This document shows positions 41,115-49,111 of a DNA stretch of 64,000 nt, in pieces. This DNA comes from Microgenomates group bacterium (GTDB lineage: Bacteria > Patescibacteriota > Microgenomatia > Daviesbacterales > UBA10151). Positions within the stretch are counted from its first letter, which is position 1; the number at the start of each line of letters is the position of its first letter. The position numbers and the translations under genes are program-made. The DNA is taken from positions 320,589-384,588 of the forward strand of contig JBAZXP010000001.1 in assembly GCA_041659805.1 (NCBI GenBank), written 5' to 3'. The notes under the pieces were generated by a model that ran no database searches, had not been told where the DNA came from, and saw nothing but the letters and a program-made list of their open reading frames with translations.

Positions 41115-41639
41115 ATGGAGAACTCTCGAAATAATAGTAATTTAACTTTGGTAGATGACACTCTTCCTGCTGTAACTTCTGACTCTGAAGAATATGATGT
41201 TGATATTTGGTGGGTAAAAGATGTCAAACCTGGGGATGCCAAGCAGGCAGAGAAGACAATGAGGGCTTTGTTAAACGCAGGACTCAAACCCAGACTTGTA
41301 GCTCATGCTTTAGAAAAAGGACATGGATATGAAATAGAAAGTCTAATTACCCGTCAAAAATTTATTAATTTAGATGGAAAGATGGGGGAATTGGCAGCAA
41401 CAGATCAAGTAGTTGGGGCTTATGAAGTTGTGGAAAAGTTAACATTGGGAATGGGTGAGCAAACTGTAGAAGAAATGGTTCAAGAAGAAGGATTAATAAG
41501 AGCTAAAGTGGTAACTAATATTGAACAAATCAGAGATCAAAGCCAAGAGCAGATACAAAAAATTGAAATGACAGTAGTAATTAAACAAGAACCTCCTAAA
41601 CAAATTATAGATAGTTTGGAAGATAAAATAGCAGCTTAG
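41115..41639 (+). CDS. Hypothetical protein
   Basis: 174-aa ORF preceded by TATAAT; no recognised motif. Confidence 0.7.
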   Translation: MENSRNNSNLTLVDDTLPAVTSDSEEYDVDIWWVKDVKPGDAKQAEKTMRALLNAGLKPRLVAHALEKGHGYEIESLITRQKFINLDGKMGELAATDQVVGAYEVVEKLTLGMGEQTVEEMVQEEGLIRAKVVTNIEQIRDQSQEQIQKIEMTVVIKQEPPKQIIDSLEDKIAA

Positions 41640-41711
41640 TCGGGGTGACAGGAATTGAACCTGCTACATCTGGACCCCCAGCCCAGCGTTCTGCCGATGA
41701 ACTACACCCCG
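41640..41711 (-). tRNA. tRNA-Pro(GGG), CCA not encoded
   Basis: Minus strand CGGGGTG-TA-GTTC-ATCGGCA-GAAC-G-CTGGG-CTGGGGG-TCCAG-ATGTA-GCAGG-TTCAATT-CCTGT-CACCCCG-A cloverleaf. Confidence 0.95.
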
Positions 41712-41756
41712 AAACCTTTGTATTTTAGCATTTTCCCTACTCTTTTCGTATAGATT

Positions 41757-41780
41757 CTTATGTATCCATACATCAAAACA
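41757..41780. repeat. Palindromic motif ATGTAT-CC-ATACAT, copy 1 (upstream of recA)
   Basis: Same core at 46013-46026; 23/24-identical copy at 46872-46895. Confidence 0.75.
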
Positions 41781-41798
41781 TGATATGAAAATGATATC

Positions 41799-41826
41799 TT
41801 GACAGGGTTTCGGGTTTTGTTAATAT
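41799..41826 (+). promoter_or_regulatory. recA promoter (probably leaderless mRNA)
   Basis: TTGACA-N16-TAATAT with extended TG; ATG 7 nt downstream. Confidence 0.7.
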
Positions 41827-41833
41827 AAGTATT

Positions 41834-42901
41834 ATGTCAGATAACGGGGAAGCCAAAAAATCAGCCATTTTAACCGCTATGGCGCAAATTCAAAAGTCCT
41901 ACGGAAGTGGGTCTATTATGCGGCTTGGTGAACGGGCTGAAAAAATGACTGCTGAAGTCATTTCCACTGGTTCTATTGCACTTGATTTAGCTCTCGGTAT
42001 TGGAGGATTACCAAAAGGCAGAATTATTGAAATTTATGGTCCAGAAGCATCCGGAAAAACAACCATTTGTTTGCATGTTATTGCAGAAGCCCAGAAAAAA
42101 GGTGGCACAGCAGCTTTTATTGATGCAGAACACGCCCTTGATCCACAAAGAGCCCAAAGAGTAGGAGTTAACCTGGATGATTTACTTATTTCCCAACCAG
42201 ATACTGGTGAACAAGCTTTGGAAATTGCAGAAACTTTAATTAGATCTGGTGGGATTGATGTAATTGTTATTGATTCTGTAGCAGCCTTAGTACCTAAAGC
42301 AGAAATAGAAGGTGAAATGGGTGATTCAGTTATGGGTATGCAAGCCCGCCTTATGTCGCAAGCTTTGCGCAAATTAACTGGTGCAATTTCCAACACTAAC
42401 ACTATTTGTATTTTTACTAATCAACTAAGACAAAAAATTGGTGTGATGTTTGGTAATCCTGAAACAACCACCGGTGGTTTGGCTTTGAAGTTTTACTCCT
42501 CTATTAGGCTTGATATCAGAAAAATAGAAAATATTAAACAAGGAGATGTGGTAGTTGGATCAAGGCATAGGGTTAAAGTTGTAAAAAATAAAATGGCTCC
42601 CCCATTCCGGATTGCTGAATTTGATATGGATCAAAATGGTATTTCTCATGAAGGAGAAATTTTGGATGTTGGTATTGAGTTGGGGATTTTAAGTAAAGCA
42701 GGTGCTTTTATAAAACAAGGAGATCAACTTTTAGGTCAAGGCAGACAGGCAGCTATTACCACTTTAAAGGAAGACAAAAAAATGGCAGAAAAATTGGATA
42801 AAGAAATTCGGGAAGCTTGGTTAAAACAATCAACTGGTAAAGATTTAGTGGTAGGAAAAGAAGAAGCTGAAGATGATGCTGAAACCCCAGCAACAGTTTA
42901 A
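41834..42901 (+). CDS. recA: Recombinase RecA
   Basis: [43 protein letters not shown]. Confidence 0.99.
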   Translation: MSDNGEAKKSAILTAMAQIQKSYGSGSIMRLGERAEKMTAEVISTGSIALDLALGIGGLPKGRIIEIYGPEASGKTTICLHVIAEAQKKGGTAAFIDAEHALDPQRAQRVGVNLDDLLISQPDTGEQALEIAETLIRSGGIDVIVIDSVAALVPKAEIEGEMGDSVMGMQARLMSQALRKLTGAISNTNTICIFTNQLRQKIGVMFGNPETTTGGLALKFYSSIRLDIRKIENIKQGDVVVGSRHRVKVVKNKMAPPFRIAEFDMDQNGISHEGEILDVGIELGILSKAGAFIKQGDQLLGQGRQAAITTLKEDKKMAEKLDKEIREAWLKQSTGKDLVVGKEEAEDDAETPATV

Positions 42902-43408
42902 TTATTTATAATAACCACGGATTTTATAAAGAATATAAAGGGAAGCAATTGTTATTAATGTATAAATATTTACCCATCCATTATAACTTGGATTGAAAGA
43001 ACCCTCCCATACTATTAATCCCCACGGATCTGTTAGGCCATAATTTTTCAACAAACCAAGAATCATTGTAAAAACCAAGATAGCCCAGGAAAAACGCCAT
43101 CTTTTGAATAAGCCAACAATAAAAATAATTTCAATGGTAATCGCTGTTAAACCTGTGGTATTACTAACAATATTCGGCGACACCTCTTTTATTATAAAAA
43201 CAAAAACAGGATAAATAAGAATAACTACAACATTAGTTATGACTGAGAAGGGACTGATGATTAGTCCTGCCATAAGAAATTCATAAATCGACAAGGGAAT
43301 CAACGTTAGTGTGTGACTTAGAATGAAATAAACTAAATAGAAAATACCTAAAGCTTTTATTGTAAGTATTTTCCAATCTTGGGTTTGGGTTTTAACTTTT
43401 TTGGGCAT
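42902..43408 (-). CDS. Hypothetical multi-TM membrane protein
   Basis: About 5 hydrophobic segments; ATG 43408 preceded by TATAAT. Confidence 0.7.
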   Translation of the reverse strand: MPKKVKTQTQDWKILTIKALGIFYLVYFILSHTLTLIPLSIYEFLMAGLIISPFSVITNVVVILIYPVFVFIIKEVSPNIVSNTTGLTAITIEIIFIVGLFKRWRFSWAILVFTMILGLLKNYGLTDPWGLIVWEGSFNPSYNGWVNIYTLITIASLYILYKIRGYYK

Positions 43409-43466
43409 TAAATAAATTATAAGTAAATTTTGTTTCTTTACAAGTAAGCTGGTAGAATTGACCTGC

Positions 43467-44123
43467 ATGTTAACCATAACCTCGGTAGAACCACAAAAGA
43501 AAAATCTCAAACGTTTTAATATCTTTTTGGATGGGAAATTTGCCTTTGGGGCAGATGAAGATTTAATTGTTGATCACAGACTGGTGGTAGGAAAAATAAT
43601 TCAAACAGAAGATTTAGAAAAACTCTTATTTGAAGCAGAGGTTGGAAAATTAATGGAGAAAATGTATAACTGGTTTAGCTTCAGACAACATTCTGAAAAA
43701 GAAACCAGGGATTACTTAAAAAACCTTTCTTTTAAAAGAAAAATTAAGGATCAGGATGAAATTTCAGAGGTTGTTACTTCCCTACTGATAGAAAGATTAA
43801 AGAAAAAAGGTTTAATTAATGATCTAGAATTTGCTAAAGCTTGGGTGGATGCCAGACGAAGGAGCAAACAAAAAGGTGTTAATGCTTTAAAATCAGAGCT
43901 ATATCAAAAAGGAATAGACAGAGAAATTATTGATGAATTGTTAGAAAGTGATGATGAGTCTGAAGAAAAACTGGCGGAAATTGCCTTAGAGAAAAAAATA
44001 AATTCATGGAAAAACTTGGAACCCAAAAAGCAAAAACAAAAAGCCTTGGAATTTCTGATGAGAAAAGGGTTTGAGTATGACATAGCAAAAGAAGTAATTG
44101 AAAAAATGATGAAAATGAGTTAA
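43467..44123 (+). CDS. recX: Regulatory protein RecX
   Basis: RFNIFLDG.FAF, R.HSEKE, GLIND.EFA..WV..R, EL.QKGI, L.RKGF; near recA. Confidence 0.93.
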   Translation: MLTITSVEPQKKNLKRFNIFLDGKFAFGADEDLIVDHRLVVGKIIQTEDLEKLLFEAEVGKLMEKMYNWFSFRQHSEKETRDYLKNLSFKRKIKDQDEISEVVTSLLIERLKKKGLINDLEFAKAWVDARRRSKQKGVNALKSELYQKGIDREIIDELLESDDESEEKLAEIALEKKINSWKNLEPKKQKQKALEFLMRKGFEYDIAKEVIEKMMKMS

Positions 44124-44259
44124 TATTACCTATAGTTTGTAAGAAACTTTAAAACTTAAGGATAGATTGATGAAACAAATCAAACTAACGGTTTTTAAAT
44201 AACTTCCTGGTCTCCCCTATTTTTAGGGTAAGTTTTATTTCTCTTACAACATAAAAAAT

Positions 44260-45558
44260 ATGCAAAAAACATTTGGTTCAATCAATACTCAGGATGAGAC
44301 TGCTCTTGCTAAACGCGAGGGAATTTTAGAAGAGCGCGAAAGAGTTTTGGCAGAAAAATTAAAAGCTGTTGATGAAAAACTCGAAGTTTTAGAAAAAACC
44401 CGCAAGGATTTAATTTTAAAAATTGAAAAATCTTCCGGAATGTCAGAGGAACAAGCTCAGAAAATCTTGCTGGAAAATGTTGAAAAAGATTTGGCCTCAG
44501 AAATTTCCAAAAAAGTAAAAGAAGCTGAAGAAGAAATTAAACTTCAAGCTGATGAAAAATCAAAAGAGATTTTAGCAGAAGCAATGTTATCAGGGGCTAC
44601 AGACTATGTTTCAGAATTTACAACTTCTCAGGTTAATTTACCTGATGATGAAATGAAGGGGAGAATTATTGGAAAAGAAGGAAGAAATGTCAGAACTTTT
44701 GAGCAAGTTACAGGAGTTGATGTTTTGATGGATGATACCCCAGGTATGTTAATTGTTTCTTCGTTTGATCCAGTGAGGCGTGAAATTGCCAGAGTATCTT
44801 TGGAAAGATTAATCAAAGACGGTAGAATCCAACCACAAAGAATCGAAGAAATAGTTGCAGAAACAAAAGAAGATATAGAAAAAATAATGTTTCAGGCAGG
44901 TGAGCAATTAGCTCATGAAGTTGGTGTTTATAATTTACAAAGAGAATTAGTTGAATATTTAGGCAGATTTAAATACAGATATTCTTATGGTCAAAATATG
45001 CTTCAACACACTTTGGAAGAAACCAGAATTGGTATTGCTTTAGCAAAAGAATTAGGAGCTAACGCTAATGTAGTCAGACTTGGTTGTTTACTTCATGATA
45101 TCGGAAAAGTTGTTTCTGAAGATGAAGGGACACATGTTGAAAAAGGTGTGCAACTAGCTAAAAAGTTTGGTATGCCACCAGAAGTTGTTGCTTGTATTGC
45201 CCAGCACCATGAAGATGAGCCTTTTTCTTCCACAGAATCTATTGTTTGTTATATTGCAGATGCAATTTCCGGTGCCAGACCAGGAGCCAGACGTGAAGAT
45301 GTTGAAGGTTATATTAATAGAATCTCAGATATAGAAAAAATTGCTATGTCTTATGAAGGAGTAGAAAAAGCTTTTGCTGTTGCAGCAGGACGAGAGGTTA
45401 GAATTATTGTGTATCCTGAAAAAATCTCTGATGATGAATTACCAAAACTAACACATGATATTGCAACTCAAATCGCTAAAGAAGTTATGGTGCCTGGACA
45501 GGTTAAAGTTACAGCTATCAGAGAAGTCAGAGCTGTTGATTATTCCATCTCTTCATAA
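44260..45558 (+). CDS. rny: Ribonuclease Y
   Basis: KH domain KGRIIGKEGRN, SSFDP.RRE, DGRI.P.RIEE, HD motif LLHDIGK, DAISGARPGARRE. Confidence 0.96.
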   Translation: MQKTFGSINTQDETALAKREGILEERERVLAEKLKAVDEKLEVLEKTRKDLILKIEKSSGMSEEQAQKILLENVEKDLASEISKKVKEAEEEIKLQADEKSKEILAEAMLSGATDYVSEFTTSQVNLPDDEMKGRIIGKEGRNVRTFEQVTGVDVLMDDTPGMLIVSSFDPVRREIARVSLERLIKDGRIQPQRIEEIVAETKEDIEKIMFQAGEQLAHEVGVYNLQRELVEYLGRFKYRYSYGQNMLQHTLEETRIGIALAKELGANANVVRLGCLLHDIGKVVSEDEGTHVEKGVQLAKKFGMPPEVVACIAQHHEDEPFSSTESIVCYIADAISGARPGARREDVEGYINRISDIEKIAMSYEGVEKAFAVAAGREVRIIVYPEKISDDELPKLTHDIATQIAKEVMVPGQVKVTAIREVRAVDYSISS

Positions 45559-45692
45559 ACCAATTTAACTCGAATTTGCAACTCTCGTTAAATGGTTTGA
45601 ACTCAAAAATTTTGATTAGAAGTTGTAAATTGGAATATTTTGAGTATAAAGGTATTTACATCTCTATCCCTTTCTGTTAAATTCAAGGGGAT

Positions 45693-45965
45693 ATGACAAA
45701 GAACGAGTTGATAGAGAAAGTTGCCAAAAAATCTCATTTAACCAAGAGGGCTGCAGCTGATGCAGTTAATTCTACCTTTGGGTTGATTAAAGACTCTTTA
45801 GTCAGAGGTGAAAAAGTAATTATTACTGGTTTTGGGACATTTTTAATAAGAAGTAGGGCTGCGAGACGTGGAAGAAATCCACAAACAGGTGGTGTAATTC
45901 AAATTCCTCAGAAAAAAACTCCAGGTTTTACAGCTGGTAAAACCATAAAGCGTTTAATTAAGTAA
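45693..45965 (+). CDS. hup: HU family DNA-binding protein
   Basis: MTKNELI, GFGTF, R.GRNPQTG, F.AGK. Confidence 0.96.
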   Translation: MTKNELIEKVAKKSHLTKRAAADAVNSTFGLIKDSLVRGEKVIITGFGTFLIRSRAARRGRNPQTGGVIQIPQKKTPGFTAGKTIKRLIK

Positions 45966-45985
45966 AACTTTTCAGTTTATATTTG

Positions 45986-46026
45986 TTGACTTCCCTGTTA
46001 TTTTGTAATAATATGTATCCATACAT
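45986..46026 (+). promoter_or_regulatory. Promoter TTGACT-N17-TAATAT with overlapping palindromic operator ATGTATCCATACAT (46013-46026)
   Basis: Palindrome spans the end of the -10 box, the expected TSS and the start codon of the TrpR-like gene. Confidence 0.7.
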
Positions 46027-46318
46027 GAGCAAACCGTCTGATGCTAAAGATATAAATATTCCAGATCACATTTTAAGGCAGCTGTTAACCCCTTCAGAGT
46101 TGAGAATGTTAAAAAACCGTTGGCATATTGTTAACCGTTTAGAAGAAGGATTACCGGTCAGAAAAATTGCGGAAGACGTAAAAGTGGGAACAGACACAGT
46201 TGTTCGCGTTTCTAAGATGATGCAATCAGGAGAGCTTCAAAAAACGCTTGATAAAGAAAAAAGAGGACTAAAAAAGATTAAGACTTCTACTCCCTGGATT
46301 TTCGGTAAAACAGAATAA
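46025..46318 (+). CDS. TrpR-like (YerC/YecD) HTH regulator
   Basis: LLTPSELRML.NRW.I...L..G...R.IA....VG..TV.RV. Confidence 0.88.
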   Translation: MSKPSDAKDINIPDHILRQLLTPSELRMLKNRWHIVNRLEEGLPVRKIAEDVKVGTDTVVRVSKMMQSGELQKTLDKEKRGLKKIKTSTPWIFGKTE

Positions 46319-46337
46319 TAAATTCCTCAATAAAAAA

Positions 46338-47285
46338 ATGAAAAAAGTTTTAGTAATCTTAGGTCCAACTGCTACCGGAAAAACTGATTTGGCATTGGAT
46401 TTGGCCAAAAAATTAAACGGAGAATTAGTTTCCTGTGATTCTAGACAAGTTTATAAGGGATTGGATATTGGAACGGGAAAAATGCCGGGAAAAGATTTAG
46501 GATTTAAGAAATATGATTTAAGATGGGAAATCGATGGCACAGATGTTTGGATGTACGATGTGGCTGATTTTAAGACACAATATACAGTTAAGGATTACGT
46601 TAATCAGGCAGAAAAAGTAATTGAAGATATTATTAATAGAAACAAATTACCGATTATTGTCGGAGGAACAGGATTATATCTAAAGGCGCTTTTGGAAGGC
46701 TTACCGAATTTGCAGATTCCTGTTGATGAAAAATTAAGAATGGAATTAGAGAAACTTCCATTAAATGAGTTACAGGAAAAATTGCAATCACTCTCCCCTG
46801 TCATTTGGAAAAAACTAAATGAATCTGATCAAAAAAATCCGCGCCGTCTTCTCCGCTCTATCGAGCTTATACTTATGAATCCATACATCAAAACAACTCA
46901 AAAGAAAGTGGGAATAAAAGCTAAATATGAGATATTAAAAATAGGATTGACTGCCCCACGGGAAATTTTAAAAAAACGGATTTTTGACCGTTTGTTATCC
47001 AGATTTAAAAATGGGCTAGTGAAAGAATCGATAACTTTAAATAAAAAAGGGTTAACATTTAAGAGGATGAAAAGCTTAGGTTTAGAATACGGGATGTTGG
47101 CAGAACTTTTACAGAAAAAAATAAGCGAAGAACAATTTTTACAAATTCTTAATACCAAAATTTATCAATATTCCAAACGTCAGCTGACATGGTTTAAAAC
47201 TGATAAGAATATTCTATGGTTTGATATAACAGGGAAAAATTCGCGCCAAGAGCTGGAAAAACAGATTCAAAAATGGTATTATTGA
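46338..47285 (+). CDS. miaA: tRNA dimethylallyltransferase
   Basis: GPTATGKT, DSRQVYKGLDIGTGK, VGGTGLY, YSKRQLTWF. Confidence 0.97.
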   Translation: MKKVLVILGPTATGKTDLALDLAKKLNGELVSCDSRQVYKGLDIGTGKMPGKDLGFKKYDLRWEIDGTDVWMYDVADFKTQYTVKDYVNQAEKVIEDIINRNKLPIIVGGTGLYLKALLEGLPNLQIPVDEKLRMELEKLPLNELQEKLQSLSPVIWKKLNESDQKNPRRLLRSIELILMNPYIKTTQKKVGIKAKYEILKIGLTAPREILKKRIFDRLLSRFKNGLVKESITLNKKGLTFKRMKSLGLEYGMLAELLQKKISEEQFLQILNTKIYQYSKRQLTWFKTDKNILWFDITGKNSRQELEKQIQKWYY

Positions 47286-47289
47286 GCCC

Positions 47290-48258
47290 ATGACCAGACG
47301 TATTGACATCTCTTACCGGACGATTATTTTTATCGCTATTTTTTTGTGTTTTCTCTGGATTCTTTTTAAGATTGTTGACATAATTTTGTTGTTCTTTGTG
47401 GCTTTTATTTTTATGTCGGCCCTTTCTCCTCTGGTTGATAGATTAACCAGGTTTAAAATCCCCCGTGTAATTGCAGTATTGCTCGTATTTTTGTTAGTTA
47501 TAAGCGCAATAATCGGCCTGTTTACCATAGGTCTGACACCACTTATCACACAAACCAGTAATTTAACACAAAAATTAATCGATGTAACGGATACTCTTTT
47601 GAAGGCACATATTATTGATCAATCGGTTATCAAACAGGAGTTAACCGGTTTTTCAGGACAACTTGTTAATGTGACAGTAGATATTTTTAAAAATTTCATT
47701 GCACTGGTTAGTACCATGGTTATTACTATATATATGATGCTGGACCGGAAAAAGATCGAAGATTACGGAACTTCCTTTTTTGGCAACAGACAAGATCAAG
47801 CACAGGTGCTGCTTCGAAGGATAGAAGATAAGCTGGGTGCCTGGCTTCGTGGACAGGTCGTATTGTCTTTTGTTATCGGCATCAGTGTTTATTTTGGATT
47901 AACTATTTTAGGAATTGAATATGCTTTGCCTTTAGCCATAATTGCAGGACTCTTAGAAGTGGTACCTGTTATTGGTCCGATTGTTTCTGCTATTCCGGCA
48001 GTGCTTATTGCTCTAACAGTCTCCCCTATTTTTGCAGGAGTAATTGCGGGATTTTATTTGGTGATACAACAACTTGAAGGTCATTTTATTGTGCCTCAGG
48101 TGATGAAAAGAGCTGTCGGATTAAATCCGCTACTCGTAATTTTGGCTATTTCAGTAGGGGGTAGGTTACTTGGCATAGGCGGGGCACTTTTAGCAGTACC
48201 TATTGCAGTGGTTATTCAGTTGATTATTCAGGAAGGCCTTAGGGCATCTGACAGCTAA
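47290..48258 (+). CDS. AI-2E family transporter
   Basis: WLRGQ, LEVVPVIGP, QQLEG..IVP.VM...VGLNP, G.LLAVP. Confidence 0.93.
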   Translation: MTRRIDISYRTIIFIAIFLCFLWILFKIVDIILLFFVAFIFMSALSPLVDRLTRFKIPRVIAVLLVFLLVISAIIGLFTIGLTPLITQTSNLTQKLIDVTDTLLKAHIIDQSVIKQELTGFSGQLVNVTVDIFKNFIALVSTMVITIYMMLDRKKIEDYGTSFFGNRQDQAQVLLRRIEDKLGAWLRGQVVLSFVIGISVYFGLTILGIEYALPLAIIAGLLEVVPVIGPIVSAIPAVLIALTVSPIFAGVIAGFYLVIQQLEGHFIVPQVMKRAVGLNPLLVILAISVGGRLLGIGGALLAVPIAVVIQLIIQEGLRASDS

Positions 48259-48298
48259 GTTTTTTTGATTTCAGCCTCAAATTGCAGTATAATACACA

Positions 48299-48581
48299 TG
48301 CCTAGGAAGTTGGATGATACTACGTTCAGTTACATGAACGCAGAGGAAAGTCCAGACAGCATAGAGCAGGGTGGACGGTGTAAGCCGTCAGTCGTAAGAC
48401 CTAGTTAGAGCAACAGTGACGAACCGAGGTCAAGCTCGGGTGAAACGGGCAATCCTCCCCGCTGCAATCCTAGAATGACTGAGCTGCTCGCTCTTTAGTC
48501 TAAATCAGGAGCGTTAGATAGATTTCATCACTTTTTACGCAAGTGAAAAGCACAGAATCTGGCTTATAGGCTTCCTAGGCA
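48299..48581 (+). ncRNA. rnpB: RNase P RNA (about 283 nt)
   Basis: GAGGAAAGTCC (CR-I) and ACAGAATCTGGCTTAT (CR-V); terminal helix TGCCTAGGAAG/CTTCCTAGGCA; P6 GAGCAG/CTGCTC; TATAAT at 48288. Confidence 0.96.
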
Positions 48582-48638
48582 CAAAAAAAATTCTTCCTTC
48601 CCTTTTTTTACTAATTGTCATTATAATAAGAGAAATAT

Positions 48639-49070
48639 ATGGAAAATATGGCAATCGAGACAGTGGAAAATTTGAAAACAAAATTTGCTCCCGCTAAAAA
48701 TGCATATCAGCTTCATAAAAATACCCTTTCACCTTTAGATAAATTTGCCATGTTTATCACTAATATTGTGGGAACAATGGGATTTTTTCTAATTTGTTGT
48801 ATGTTGGTACTTATTCCACTATTTGTAACGTCGACTTTACCCGTTATTCAATATGTTTCTTCAGGGATTTTGCAATTAATTTTTTTGCCCCTTATTATGG
48901 TTGGTCAAAATCTGCAGGGTAGGTATGCAGAAATCAGGGCTCAACATGATTTTGATACAAATGTAAAAGCTGAAAAAGAAATAGAAACAATTCTTTTGCA
49001 TTTAGAAAAACAAGATCAAATTATGATGGATATTCTTCATAAAATAGAGAAACTGGAAACAAAGAAGTAG
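48639..49070 (+). CDS. DUF1003-like membrane protein
   Basis: D..A..I...VG.M.F, P.IM.GQN...R..E..A..D...N.KAE.EI. Confidence 0.8.
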   Translation: MENMAIETVENLKTKFAPAKNAYQLHKNTLSPLDKFAMFITNIVGTMGFFLICCMLVLIPLFVTSTLPVIQYVSSGILQLIFLPLIMVGQNLQGRYAEIRAQHDFDTNVKAEKEIETILLHLEKQDQIMMDILHKIEKLETKK

Positions 49071-49111
49071 CACTCTTTACTTATTTAACTCAAATAGTTT
49101 AAGCTAGGATT

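Noticed and set aside
40799-41711. Possible integrative element at the tRNA-Pro 3' end
   Set aside because: No integrase, no duplicated tRNA 3' fragment and no phage genes seen in the window
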